A stretch of 51,654 nucleotides of DNA from an uncultured Candidatus Nitrosopelagicus sp. (GCA_964419505.1 CAYQPZ010000001.1:1-51654), one strand, 5' to 3'. Numbered from the stretch's first letter, positions 20,444 through 31,090 are shown. A program made the numbers and translations. Notes: generated by a model not told the origin, from the sequence alone.

Positions 20444-21034
20444 TTATTTTATATACTGTGTGGTACGTTTTTCTTCGTCACTAAAAATTACACCTACTGT
20501 ACGTAGTAGTGTGACGTTATTTTTCTCACAATATTCTTTTAATTTACTAATATATTCTGTAAATTTTGTTGATGGTTCTTTATTTTTAATTAGTGCTGAA
20601 TAAAGATCATCATGATCAAGCATTATGATTTTTTTACTAGTTGGAATGGCATTAACTATATTTTCAATATTCAGAACTGCCTTAGGACTCTCAATTTTTG
20701 GTACAATGATAATTTCTTTTGGAACTACGTTGATGTACATACTTAGATCCTCTGACGAATTCACATTAGATACGGCAAAATATTTGATATTTTTATTTGT
20801 GTTTAAAATTGCAAGTATGTCATCTAATGAATATTTGTTATTTGGAGGTTTAACTCTCCCTTTAGGCAAATCAATGAAGATTTGCTGACTTTGGTGTTTT
20901 TGCAATAAACTTTCTAATTCTGTGATACTATTTACCCATGCAAGATTGATTCTATAAGTGGTTTCATCCGGAAATGGAATACCATAATTTGAAGCATTTT
21001 GTGATATGATTATCATATTATAATTATTACGCAT
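20444..21034 (-). CDS. Short HpcH/HpaI aldolase / pyruvate-kinase-like barrel protein
   Basis: YRINLAW, IFIDLP, IIVPKIESPKAVLNIENIV, IMLDHDDL. Confidence 0.6.
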   Translation of the reverse strand: MRNNYNMIIISQNASNYGIPFPDETTYRINLAWVNSITELESLLQKHQSQQIFIDLPKGRVKPPNNKYSLDDILAILNTNKNIKYFAVSNVNSSEDLSMYINVVPKEIIIVPKIESPKAVLNIENIVNAIPTSKKIIMLDHDDLYSALIKNKEPSTKFTEYISKLKEYCEKNNVTLLRTVGVIFSDEEKRTTQYIK

Positions 21035-21250
21035 TTTTTAATTAAATATATAATTTGTTTTATTTTTTTTAATACATCATAGAATATTTTTTACACATTC
21101 TATCAATTACAAACGTGTTCATACTGTATGATTCAAAGAACTCGCAAGAAAAATAATGTCATGAAAACATGTAGACAAATTCTATTCATTCATACCTTCT
21201 AATGGAATACAATTTGTTTTATATTACGAAATTGCTATAAAAAAAATAGG

Positions 21251-22189
21251 TTGTCAACAAAACATCAGGGAAGACTTTCTCACGCTATATGGAATATTAA
21301 ACGATATAGAAAAATTTATGGAATTTCAAAAGCAATTCGTGTTCTCTTACATTATGGTTATGTAGCTACAAAGAAAAATGACCAACCAAGTTCTGATGAT
21401 TTTATTGTAGATGTTAACGGTTACAAACTTGCAGTAATTCCTGGAGATTTGGGTATATCATCAGAATTAATGATGTTTAAGACACATGAACCACTTACTA
21501 CAAAACTTCTTTCCAAGGAACTCAAAAAAGGTATGACTTGTTTAGACATAGGTGGTAATATTGGATACTATACACTTCTCGAATCTAATATTGTTGGAGA
21601 TACTGGTAAAGTGATAGCAATAGAACCATCACCACCAAATTTTCAACACTTGAAGAAAAATCTAGAAATGCAAGATGCAAAAAATGTTGATGCTTATAAT
21701 TTTGCCGCAGGAGATGTAAACGGTAATGTAAATTTCCTGGTGTATAAAGAATCAAACGGCTCATTTACAATTCCTGATGGTGAAACAACAGACCTCCCTG
21801 GCGAGTTAATCAAGGTCTCAGCTAAACGAGTAGATACTTTTTTGGATGAATTAGGCGTTAACCATGTTGATTTTGTAAGAATGGATGTAGAGGGATATGA
21901 ATCCCATATTATTGAAGGAATGAAAGATACTATGAAAAAATCAAAACCTATGTTCCAGATTGAAGTTCATGCTTCAATATTAGGTAAAGAGGGTACCAGA
22001 AAATTCCTTAAGAGATTTCAGGATAATGGATACGAGGCAAAATATTACATTCCTAGAGATATTGACTTGCCAATTATTGGAACTATGAATGATGTAAAAT
22101 ATCACACTATTGATACACTCATTGAGATGCTTGAAAATGATACACTATCTCACTTCTTTAATTTATGCTTAAAAAACAATGAAGTATAA
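21251..22189 (+). CDS. FkbM family methyltransferase
   Basis: CLDIGGNIGYYT, VIAIEPSP, VRMDVEGYE, QIEVH. Confidence 0.92.
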   Translation: MSTKHQGRLSHAIWNIKRYRKIYGISKAIRVLLHYGYVATKKNDQPSSDDFIVDVNGYKLAVIPGDLGISSELMMFKTHEPLTTKLLSKELKKGMTCLDIGGNIGYYTLLESNIVGDTGKVIAIEPSPPNFQHLKKNLEMQDAKNVDAYNFAAGDVNGNVNFLVYKESNGSFTIPDGETTDLPGELIKVSAKRVDTFLDELGVNHVDFVRMDVEGYESHIIEGMKDTMKKSKPMFQIEVHASILGKEGTRKFLKRFQDNGYEAKYYIPRDIDLPIIGTMNDVKYHTIDTLIEMLENDTLSHFFNLCLKNNEV

Positions 22190-22213
22190 TCAACTGATAT
22201 TATCCGATCTACC

Positions 22214-24052
22214 TTGAAAACAGCCATAATTTTTGATGAAAAGTTTGAAAAATCGGAAACAAAAGATACTATTGAAATAGATTTAGACGATCTAGAATCA
22301 TATAGGAATTTTAGACACGGTATAGAATTTGTAAAGTTTCCTAGCAGATTAATTAATGATAAAACAATAATGGAATGGTTTCAAGTTGATGGAATTTCCT
22401 ATTGGTGGTTTGCATCACCAATATTACACTCAAAGTATAATGATGCTGTTTTATTCATAAATAGACTATCTTCATTTCTTGAGGACAAATCAATTAATTT
22501 AATAAAATTACGTGGCGCATATAATAAAATTGAATTGATAAAACAAATTGCAAAACAAAAAAAGATTAAACTTGAAATCTCTCATGAATATTTTCGATTT
22601 AAGGCAAAAGATAGAATTAAAAGAATAGCAAAAAAATCTGTCTATGAAAAAACAGTGAAAGAAAAAATTAAGAAACGAAATATTTTATTTGATAAATTAA
22701 CTTCGAAAGAAATTGCTTTAGAAAATCCAGTGATTATTACTTCACCTGATGTTTATCGTAGAGACACGTTTGATTTTACTATGAAAAAATCAAAAAGAGA
22801 AGAGTTTTTTATAAAACCGTTTTTAGATACTCTAAAAGAGAACAAAATTCCAATATTATGTTTTGATTTAGATTATACGCTTAAAGGCACTACAAATATT
22901 CTTGAAGAGAGATTAGAAACTGATTTTAATTGGATTCCAGTTGAATACCTTCTAAAAAAGAATAAGTCTGTCAAAACCCAGCAAGTAATTTCACTATTAA
23001 AAAATTCTATAGATCTTTTACTAAAAAGTGGTAAAGAGAATCTTCTAGTGTACGAAGGAATTTCTTTGACGGGATATCTGAAACCGAGTTTTGAAGATTT
23101 ATTTCTAGAACCTAATCTTCCTACCTATATTCATCTAATTGAATTATTAGAAGAATATTTAAAAAAAATCAAACCAAGAGCCATAATTCAGGTATATGAA
23201 ACTGGGCCATATGCAAAAGCATTTCAAGTGGTAGCAGAAAAATTACGAATAAAAACACTCGGAATTCAACATGGCCTAATCCCAACTGATTATCCAAACT
23301 ATATGTTTAAAGAAATAAAAAATGAAGATTTTCCTCTAGGAAATATTATTCCTGATAAAACTTTGGTGTATGGGGAGTATTATAAGAAAATCTTGACAGA
23401 GATTGGAAATTATCCTAAAGAAAAAATTCAAGTGATTGGAAATCCAACGTATTTTGGCTTTGAGAGAATAAAGAATTTAATTGATAAAAAGGATCTAATT
23501 ACTAAGAATAGTTTTAAAAACGAAAAAATTATTTTGGTACCTCTTTCAATGAGATTTTTTTATATTAAAAATAGCCCTGATCGAATTTTATTGAATACAT
23601 TGTATGATGGATTTAAGGATAGAAATGATGTAAAAATTTTAGTTCGACCACATCCAGGTGATAAACTTGATCAAGCCACATTGACAAATCATTTTCCCGG
23701 AAATAATTTTAAAATTTCTAGAAATACTTTAGTTGAAGATATTTTTTTGAGTGATGTTGTAATAGTCTTACCAATATCTTCTGTTAGTAGTGAAGTTCCT
23801 ATCTTTGAAAAGCCCTTACTTTTAGTTAATATTGAAAAAGATAATTCAATCGATGCGATTGATGATGCCTATTTACAACTTGTTAATCATGATGTTGCTA
23901 GATTGATCTCATCATCTAATCTTGTATCTACAGTTGATTCAATTAAAAAAGATGAGGTTTGGAAAACTACTGATTCAGAAAAACGTAAGAAATTTCTACA
24001 TGATTATTTTAATTATGGAATTACATCTGATCTTTTAGATTTGATTAAATAA
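22214..24052 (+). CDS. Large GT-B-like surface carbohydrate biosynthesis protein (candidate nonulosonate transferase)
   Basis: GIQHG, PDKTLVYGE, VIGNP, VRPHPGD, SSVSSE..IFEKP; convergent with neuB. Confidence 0.55.
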   Translation: MKTAIIFDEKFEKSETKDTIEIDLDDLESYRNFRHGIEFVKFPSRLINDKTIMEWFQVDGISYWWFASPILHSKYNDAVLFINRLSSFLEDKSINLIKLRGAYNKIELIKQIAKQKKIKLEISHEYFRFKAKDRIKRIAKKSVYEKTVKEKIKKRNILFDKLTSKEIALENPVIITSPDVYRRDTFDFTMKKSKREEFFIKPFLDTLKENKIPILCFDLDYTLKGTTNILEERLETDFNWIPVEYLLKKNKSVKTQQVISLLKNSIDLLLKSGKENLLVYEGISLTGYLKPSFEDLFLEPNLPTYIHLIELLEEYLKKIKPRAIIQVYETGPYAKAFQVVAEKLRIKTLGIQHGLIPTDYPNYMFKEIKNEDFPLGNIIPDKTLVYGEYYKKILTEIGNYPKEKIQVIGNPTYFGFERIKNLIDKKDLITKNSFKNEKIILVPLSMRFFYIKNSPDRILLNTLYDGFKDRNDVKILVRPHPGDKLDQATLTNHFPGNNFKISRNTLVEDIFLSDVVIVLPISSVSSEVPIFEKPLLLVNIEKDNSIDAIDDAYLQLVNHDVARLISSSNLVSTVDSIKKDEVWKTTDSEKRKKFLHDYFNYGITSDLLDLIK

Positions 24053-24054
24053 TT

Positions 24055-25089
24055 TTACTCTATCATATCAAAAGTTAAGGGCTTTTCTTTTGGTATGTCT
24101 ACTTTCGCTTTCTTACCAATTATACTATCAAAGTGAATTGGTTGAATTCCAGTACCAGGTCGTCTAATATCTATTAGCTCTTCGGTAATTGTTTGACCAG
24201 TTTTAATTTCTGTCATTGCAATAATACTCACACGATTAGTGGTGAGATTATCTTTTTCTGAAAGAGTAGGATTCTTCACACCATTACCTTTTGCCTTTTC
24301 GATTAATCTAGTGGATTTAATTAATGATGAGAATTGTTCTTTATCCAATGCAACAATATCATCAGGTGCTGTAGCATTATTTGGATCTCTGAAGTGTCTT
24401 TCAATTAAATTTGCACCCATAGATACTGCACCAAAAGATATTGACCAACCAATATTATGATCTGAAAACCCAACGGGCAAATCAAATTCTTTTTTTAATG
24501 TTAAAATCGCATTTAGATTGGTTTCTTCAGGTTTGTTTGGATAATCTGAAACACAATGTAAAATTATTAATTGTTCATTACCTGTTGATAAGATGGTTTC
24601 AACCGACGTTCTAATTTCTTCTAATGTACACATACCAGTTGATAAAATAATTGGTTTTCCAATATTTCCAACTTCTTCTAACAAAGGAATGTGACATGCT
24701 AGATCAGAACCAATTTTGTAAATTGGTATATCCATTTTTTTCATTATATCTAGATCTTTAATGTGACTAGGAGCAGAAAAGACAGTTATTCCTTTATTAT
24801 TTGCATAATTTACTACTTCCATTTGAAGTTCTTTCGAAATTTCACAATTTTTGAATAAATCATATTGTGAAGTTTTACCAGTATTCTCCATATTGAACAA
24901 ATTATTTTTAGTAGTGATGGTATTAGCCTCAAATGTTTGAAATTTTATTGCATCAATTTCAATATCGATTGCTGAATCAATTAATCTTTTAGCCTCTTCA
25001 AAGTTTCTAAATAAACTTCCGATTTCAGCTATGAAATAACATGGTTTACCATTCCCCACCAATTTCCCATCTAGTTCAACATGCTTCAA
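24055..25089 (-). CDS. neuB: Nonulosonic acid synthase (NeuB/PseI/LegI family) with C-terminal SAF domain
   Basis: FIAEIG, IKFQTF, KIGS, ILSTGM, LHCVSDYP, GFSDH, IERHF, RRPGTGI. Confidence 0.92.
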   Translation of the reverse strand: MKHVELDGKLVGNGKPCYFIAEIGSLFRNFEEAKRLIDSAIDIEIDAIKFQTFEANTITTKNNLFNMENTGKTSQYDLFKNCEISKELQMEVVNYANNKGITVFSAPSHIKDLDIMKKMDIPIYKIGSDLACHIPLLEEVGNIGKPIILSTGMCTLEEIRTSVETILSTGNEQLIILHCVSDYPNKPEETNLNAILTLKKEFDLPVGFSDHNIGWSISFGAVSMGANLIERHFRDPNNATAPDDIVALDKEQFSSLIKSTRLIEKAKGNGVKNPTLSEKDNLTTNRVSIIAMTEIKTGQTITEELIDIRRPGTGIQPIHFDSIIGKKAKVDIPKEKPLTFDMIE

Positions 25090-25136
25090 AAAGGTTCTTC
25101 ACCACCAGAAAACAGTTCATACATTTTTCTATCATC

Positions 25137-25823
25137 TCAAATCATTTCCTTTTTAATAATCTTCATTGCGTTATCCCCTTCATTAAAAAGTAAATCAATA
25201 ATTGTCATGTTAGGATAAAAAGGATCAAAAACTTGTTGATATATTGGATGCTGAAAGTTCTGAAATTCAAGTTTAATTTTATGACGTTTAAAATCATCCA
25301 TTAGAAGATATTTTTTGCCTGTAATTCCTGAAATATATCTATCTACATCAAGGATTTTGCAAATTTCTAATATTCGATCCGAACCCTTATCCGAAATATG
25401 TAATTCTGACGAAACCAAAGTTTCTGTTTTAATTTTTAATTTATTGAAAAGAAATTTTATTACTTCCATATTCAGTTCAAGTAAGTATTCATATTTTTCA
25501 TCATAAATTTTTTCTAATTCTAACCAGTATTTATCAAAAAATTTTGCTTTTTGATAATTTAGGATTATTGATTTCTTATGTTTGTTAATCCAGTCAGTTG
25601 AATAGTTAATTTTGACATCTTTCAAAAGAGTTTGAGACTTAGCTTTTACAGGAACAGTTAACCATATTTCACCATCATATGTTCGTATTTTGTTTCTATT
25701 TTGGAATCCATTTTTTTCAAACTGTACATCATCTAAAAACACAAATTTTTCTGAAGAAATTACTTTTTCAAAAAACCCTAACCATGGTAAATAAACCGGT
25801 TGATGCATTGATATTGTTGTCAT
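25137..25823 (-). CDS. WbqC-like family protein
   Basis: MHQPVYLPWLGFF, LDDVQF, QNRN, WLTVPV, YISG, IIDLLFNEG. Confidence 0.92.
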   Translation of the reverse strand: MTTISMHQPVYLPWLGFFEKVISSEKFVFLDDVQFEKNGFQNRNKIRTYDGEIWLTVPVKAKSQTLLKDVKINYSTDWINKHKKSIILNYQKAKFFDKYWLELEKIYDEKYEYLLELNMEVIKFLFNKLKIKTETLVSSELHISDKGSDRILEICKILDVDRYISGITGKKYLLMDDFKRHKIKLEFQNFQHPIYQQVFDPFYPNMTIIDLLFNEGDNAMKIIKKEMI

Positions 25824-25910
25824 TTTTGTTCTTCAGTCTTAATTAAGTAAATATTTTACAAGTTATTAGAATATTTGTAGACGAATTAATCAAACATGTC
25901 TATAAGTTAA

Positions 25911-25916
25911 TTTAAA
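25911..25916 (+). promoter_or_regulatory. Putative TATA box for the spsF-aminotransferase-pseG operon
   Basis: TTTAAA 24-29 nt upstream of the ATG at 25940. Confidence 0.45.
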
Positions 25917-25939
25917 GATTCAATGATCTTTTGATAATT

Positions 25940-26737
25940 ATGCTTACTGCAATAATACAAGCAAGAATGGGTTCTAATAGATTTCCTGGTAAAGTAATGA
26001 AAGAGATTGAAGGTAAACCACTACTTTTTTACGTTATCAAACAAACACTATCTTCAAAATTTATTAATAGAGTAATCATTTCCACATCGATTTCACCAGA
26101 AGATAAAATAATTGTAGATTTCTGTAAGGATAATGAAATTGATTACTATAGAGGCTCAGTAAATGATGTTTTAGACCGTTTTTATGAATGTGCAAAAAAA
26201 TTTTCTTGTGACCCAATAATACGAATTTCAGCAGATAGTCCATTAATTGATCCTAATGTTATTGATCGTGTTTTAAAGAAATTTCTCGATAATTCATATG
26301 ACTATGTTAGTAATAACGTTGAAAAAAATCAGGGAGTATGGAAAGAATCTACATGTAATTTTCCACTAGGTACAGTAGTAGAAGTCACTACTTTCAAGGC
26401 ACTTGAAAAAGCATGGAAGCAATCAAATAATTCCTTTGAGCGAGAGCATGTTTTTCCATACATACAATCTCATCCTAAATTATTTAATATTTCTAATATA
26501 AAATCAAAGAAAAATTTATCAAATATGAGAATAACGGTGGATAAAAAAAATGATTTAAAGTTTGTAAAGGAAATCTATAAACGAATTTCGAAAAAAAATA
26601 AATTTATTACAATTGAGGATATAGAAAAAATTATTTCTAAAGAACCATTACTTCTTGAGATTAATAAGGACGGTCATATCACTAATGAGTATAAAAAATT
26701 TTTACTTATGAAGGAGCAAAAGAAGAATAATGTCTAA
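25940..26737 (+). CDS. SpsF-type acylneuraminate cytidylyltransferase family protein
   Basis: AIIQARMGSNRFPGKV, RGSVNDVLDRF, RISADSPLIDP, REHV, RITVD; ATG at 25940 preferred over TTG at 25931. Confidence 0.88.
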   Translation: MLTAIIQARMGSNRFPGKVMKEIEGKPLLFYVIKQTLSSKFINRVIISTSISPEDKIIVDFCKDNEIDYYRGSVNDVLDRFYECAKKFSCDPIIRISADSPLIDPNVIDRVLKKFLDNSYDYVSNNVEKNQGVWKESTCNFPLGTVVEVTTFKALEKAWKQSNNSFEREHVFPYIQSHPKLFNISNIKSKKNLSNMRITVDKKNDLKFVKEIYKRISKKNKFITIEDIEKIISKEPLLLEINKDGHITNEYKKFLLMKEQKKNNV

Positions 26738-27806
26738 AATCAAAATTCATGATCCATTTTTTGGTCGAGAAGAAAGAAGAGCTGTAGAAAAAGTATTTGA
26801 AAGTCACCTTTGGGCTTCACCAAAGGATAATAACAAAGTTTCAGAATTTGAAAAAAAATTCCAATCCTATCTTGAATGTGATGAATGTGTAGCAGTAGAT
26901 TCTGGTTCTGCTGCATTATTACTTTCTCTTAGTCTGATGGACATCAAAAATAAAGAAGTGATAATACCATCTTTTTGTCATATCTCTTTGGCTAATGCTG
27001 TAGTCCATAATGGGGGAAAACCAATTTTTGTTGATATTAATCCAAAAAATCTTTGCCTAGATGTGGATTTGGTTAAAAAAGCAATTACCAAAAAAACCAA
27101 AGCAATCGTGCCTGTACATTTTGGTGGAATTCCTTGTGATATTAACAAATTAAAAGAATTATCTAAGAATTATAAAATTAATTTAATTGAGGATGCAGCT
27201 CTTGCAACAGGGTCAAATTATAAAAATAAAAAAATTGGTAGTCATAGTGAACTGGTTTGTTTTAGTTTTCATCCAGTTAAAATCATTGCAGCACCAAAAG
27301 GTGGAGCAATCGCATTAAATGGTTCAAATAGCAAAAAATTCAAAAAAATTCTCTTAGCATTACGGAACTCAGGAATTTCACAGCAAAACCCAAACTCAGT
27401 TAATCAGGTAGGTTGGAATTCTTACATGAATGAATTTTCTGCTGCAATCTGTCTAGAACAGCTTAAAAAATTAAACAAAATGATTTCAATTCGATATCAG
27501 ATAGCAGAACAATATCACAACAAAATTTCAATTGATGAGAAAATGCCTCTCGAAAAATCATGTTCTTATAATTTTTATTGGTTGCTAGTAAAAAATCCGA
27601 GGATTTTTACAAAGAAAATGCGTGAAAACAACATAGAAATTGGAAATTATCATCCTCCAACACACATATCACAATATTATCAAACTACGAAAAAGCTTGT
27701 CAATACAGAATTTATTGCAAAACATCATGTTCTTCTACCAACACATCCAAACCTATCTACTAAAGATGTTGAAAAAATTATTAAATTATCTAACAAATTT
27801 TCTTGA
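26730..27806 (+). CDS. DegT/PseC-like sugar aminotransferase
   Basis: VDSGSAAL, VPVHFGG, IEDAA, CFSFHPVK. Confidence 0.9.
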   Translation: MSKIKIHDPFFGREERRAVEKVFESHLWASPKDNNKVSEFEKKFQSYLECDECVAVDSGSAALLLSLSLMDIKNKEVIIPSFCHISLANAVVHNGGKPIFVDINPKNLCLDVDLVKKAITKKTKAIVPVHFGGIPCDINKLKELSKNYKINLIEDAALATGSNYKNKKIGSHSELVCFSFHPVKIIAAPKGGAIALNGSNSKKFKKILLALRNSGISQQNPNSVNQVGWNSYMNEFSAAICLEQLKKLNKMISIRYQIAEQYHNKISIDEKMPLEKSCSYNFYWLLVKNPRIFTKKMRENNIEIGNYHPPTHISQYYQTTKKLVNTEFIAKHHVLLPTHPNLSTKDVEKIIKLSNKFS

Positions 27807-27854
27807 TATGAAAACTCGAAATCAATTGACTGAAGTAATCACATTTAACCAGAT

Positions 27855-28877
27855 ATGAAACAAAAAAAAATAAAAATTCTATTTAGGACATATGGGGGTA
27901 AGGTAAAGAATAGACAAACAGGATTAGGACACATCTTTCGTTCCATCAATTTATCGTATTATCTAAAGCATAGTGTAGATCTTCATTTTTTAGTTGAGGA
28001 CTATGGTGGAGCCAAAAAAATTTTTAATGAATATGGGTTTACACAAGTTTCATCACTCACAAAGAATATTTCTTTAGAATGTGATATTAAAAAAACCATT
28101 CAATACATTTACAATAATAAAATAGATATTTTGATAATTGACAAACACAAAACTGACGTTAAATATCTTAAAGTCTTACGAAAAATTGTAAAAACTGTTA
28201 TTATAACTGATTTAAAAAATATTAATTTGCCTGTTGATATTTTGGTTAATGGATATGTTGGCTTAGAAAATCAGAAATACAAAAAAGATGATGACTCGTT
28301 ATGTCTATTAGGTCCTTCTTATCAAATCCTCAATCATAGGTTTTCTAAAAAAAACAAACTCACTAGTAAAAAATATGATATTTTAGTATCTTTTGGGGGT
28401 TTGGATGAAAAAGGAATTGTTAATATTTTTCTAGATTCATTAAATAAAAATGCGGCAAAATTAAAAATAAAAATTATTTTAGGACCCATTGCAGCAAAAT
28501 CAACAAAAGTTTTAGCTTTTTCTAAAAAATATAGTAAAAATATTGAATTTATACAAGAAACAAAGAATATGCACGACGAAATTTCTAAATCAAAATTTGG
28601 TTTTACTACTGGTGGTGTGACTACCTATGAATTTGCAAACATGAATACACCATTTATAGTAATATGTGATGACAAACACCAACTTCCTACTGCACAGAAT
28701 TGGGCAAAAAAAAATACTGCAATAAATTTAGGTCTTTTAAACAAATCAACACAAAAAAAGATAGAGAAAGTCATTATAGATATAGTGCAAAGAAAAATTA
28801 ATCATTTTTCGAAAGCTAAGATAGTCGATGGTTTAGGTGCAAAACGAGTTAGTTCTGAGATCTTAAAATTATTTTAA
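27855..28877 (+). CDS. PseG/SpsG-like UDP-sugar hydrolase (GT28 fold)
   Basis: GLGHIFRS, ILVSFGGLD, GGVTTYE, IVDGLGAKRV. Confidence 0.85.
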   Translation: MKQKKIKILFRTYGGKVKNRQTGLGHIFRSINLSYYLKHSVDLHFLVEDYGGAKKIFNEYGFTQVSSLTKNISLECDIKKTIQYIYNNKIDILIIDKHKTDVKYLKVLRKIVKTVIITDLKNINLPVDILVNGYVGLENQKYKKDDDSLCLLGPSYQILNHRFSKKNKLTSKKYDILVSFGGLDEKGIVNIFLDSLNKNAAKLKIKIILGPIAAKSTKVLAFSKKYSKNIEFIQETKNMHDEISKSKFGFTTGGVTTYEFANMNTPFIVICDDKHQLPTAQNWAKKNTAINLGLLNKSTQKKIEKVIIDIVQRKINHFSKAKIVDGLGAKRVSSEILKLF

Positions 28878-28925
28878 TTTGGCTAACATTATCTAAAAAA
28901 TTTAAGGTGAGTTTTTTTATTATTG

Positions 28926-29120
28926 TTAAAACTCGGAAGATTCTTTATCGTTTTTTAATAGTGAAATTGCGTACTTTATTGCCCAGTTTGCACCTTCATA
29001 GTACTGATAAAGATTTTCCATTTTTCGGTTTTTATATTTTTTTGAAAAAGAAACGCAATCTCGTTGCTTACTCTCCAACTTTCCCAAAATTTTTTCTAAA
29101 TCTTCAGTCAAACTAATCAC
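28926..29120 (-). CDS. Small hypothetical protein (64 aa)
   Basis: Protein-like helical composition; fills the gap co-directionally 28 nt after the radical SAM gene. Confidence 0.5.
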   Translation of the reverse strand: MISLTEDLEKILGKLESKQRDCVSFSKKYKNRKMENLYQYYEGANWAIKYAISLLKNDKESSEF

Positions 29121-29147
29121 ATTCCAAACTTTTCTTGATAAGTATAA

Positions 29148-30206
29148 TCATTTTCCAACTTCTTGTATTCTATCTATGTAATTATCGATACTTATCAGTC
29201 TGTTATCAATTTTTTTGTGGTCAGTCTCAGTTTTTCTTGGCAAGTAACATTTCTTGCAGGCATTAATTTTTGCAACTCCCATATGACGCATCTGTAGATC
29301 TCTCGCTTCTGTCATTTTCTTACCATGCCAGATTTCGAATATAGACTCAGTATTAGCATCACCAATAATATGTTCACTCAATTCATCGTTTGAGCATAGT
29401 AATGCTCTACCATCACTTCCAATAACTAGCCTCTCCCAAAGTTGTGGGCATGTAAAATTTTCTTCATATGTGATATCAGTATCCCTAATCAAATAGTCGA
29501 TCAAGGGATTAGATGCAACCTGATCTACTATTGGGTTAAAAGTATTGTAATATTCTTCTGGATTTTCTGATATTGCTGGCCATACTGTTTGAACTTTTAT
29601 TACTGGCTTTACCACTTTTCTCTTTTTCTTAATATCTTGATAATTTTTTATTTTATTTACCGCGTCTTCAAAAGTTAAAGGCGCTCTAATTTTGTTATAT
29701 GTTTCACCAATACCATCAAATGAGATTGTCAACCAATCAAGTCCTAGATCAATAAGTTCCTCAAATTTTTCCTCATTTAGCGTTCCACCATGTGTTAATG
29801 TTGAAACTTCTTTAATTCCATGAGTTTTTGCATATTCTATCATTTCAAATGCTTGTGGATGAAGAAGTGGTTCTCCTCTAAAACTTATTCTTATAGAAAA
29901 AACTCCATTTCTACCACACTCATCTATGATTTTTTTAAAAAGATCAAATTCCATATACCCCAGCCCTGCGATTTTTTTAAATTCATCTGTCGTTGTATAA
30001 CACATCGGGCAATTCAAATTACACCTACTAGAAATTTCAACATCGACGTGTGGTGGATATTTACTGACTTTATGTATTCTAGGATAGAGATGCCACTTAA
30101 TTCTATTTGATATGTAATCTAAGAGATGTCCATGTCCTCTATGTAATTCAAATTTGAAATTTTTTGAACGTGACGAAAGTCTAAACTGTCCCTTGTTTAT
30201 TTTCAA
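29148..30206 (-). CDS. Radical SAM protein with SPASM/Twitch domain
   Basis: CNLNCPMC, RGEPLLH, CPQLW..DG..LLC, IG, IFEIW, CKKC. Confidence 0.9.
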   Translation of the reverse strand: MKINKGQFRLSSRSKNFKFELHRGHGHLLDYISNRIKWHLYPRIHKVSKYPPHVDVEISSRCNLNCPMCYTTTDEFKKIAGLGYMEFDLFKKIIDECGRNGVFSIRISFRGEPLLHPQAFEMIEYAKTHGIKEVSTLTHGGTLNEEKFEELIDLGLDWLTISFDGIGETYNKIRAPLTFEDAVNKIKNYQDIKKKRKVVKPVIKVQTVWPAISENPEEYYNTFNPIVDQVASNPLIDYLIRDTDITYEENFTCPQLWERLVIGSDGRALLCSNDELSEHIIGDANTESIFEIWHGKKMTEARDLQMRHMGVAKINACKKCYLPRKTETDHKKIDNRLISIDNYIDRIQEVGK

Positions 30207-30277
30207 TGTTAACCATACCTCTTTTTTAGCATTAAAACGTTAATCTGTAAATTTTGATATCTTTCAATCATTTTTAA

Positions 30278-31021
30278 TCATAAAGAAACATTCTCCAAGT
30301 TATTCATACGGCTAAAAATTATCTCAAACGCTTCTGCTGCCTTAAAACCAGATAGGCTTCCCCATCTTTTGGCTACTGCATCAGTAATCTCTTTGGACCT
30401 GGGATGAGGTGGCTTTCTAAATTCATACTGATAAGCTTTCAGCGCATTAATTTTAGCTGTTAGTTGTGAAGAGATATCTATGTATAAATTTGGATTAAAT
30501 TTGTAAGGTTTTCTCCAATCTGTAGCAGCAGGAATTTCAAAAGAAATTATGGAAGAAACTTTAGAATCAGGTATTGGTCTTGCAGCAGTAATTGTTGCTT
30601 CATAGGCGACCCTATGATCAAGATTAAGATCATTGTAATGATGTGTAAAAATTATACTCGCTTTTGTTTCAAAAATTTCTCTTTCTATTTCTTTTATAAT
30701 CTTCAATAATGGAATTTGATCTAATTCCTGATTTGGAAGATCTAAGAAACGAACTTGTTGCACTCCAAGAATTTTTAGTGCCTTTTTAGCATGCTTTTTT
30801 CGTATTTCCACCTCTTTTTTCATCTTTTTCATCTCCTCATGTGTCACATCATATTGAGGTGAATTTACATAGCCTGATTTTCGTCTAGCAGTAATTCCTT
30901 CTGAGAGAAATACGACTTTGATTTTATGAGATTTTGATAATTTTTTTAGTGTTCCACCCATACCAATAGTTTCATCATCAGGATGTGCACACACTACAAG
31001 AATATTCAATTTAAATTTCAT
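30278..31021 (-). CDS. PIG-L/LmbE family N-deacetylase
   Basis: AHPDDETIGMGG, FTHH..DLNLDH, KINALKAY, AEAF. Confidence 0.92.
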   Translation of the reverse strand: MKFKLNILVVCAHPDDETIGMGGTLKKLSKSHKIKVVFLSEGITARRKSGYVNSPQYDVTHEEMKKMKKEVEIRKKHAKKALKILGVQQVRFLDLPNQELDQIPLLKIIKEIEREIFETKASIIFTHHYNDLNLDHRVAYEATITAARPIPDSKVSSIISFEIPAATDWRKPYKFNPNLYIDISSQLTAKINALKAYQYEFRKPPHPRSKEITDAVAKRWGSLSGFKAAEAFEIIFSRMNNLENVSL

Positions 31022-31090
31022 ACAAATTATATTGATTTAATGATATTGGTCTACAATATTTTTTTAGGTTAGAGGCACATGAAATTTTCA

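Noticed and set aside
29148-30206. Anaerobic sulfatase maturase (anSME) for the three 'sulfatases'
   Set aside because: The putative clients lack (C/S)xPxR, and the C-terminal domain has too few cysteines for a full anSME SPASM.
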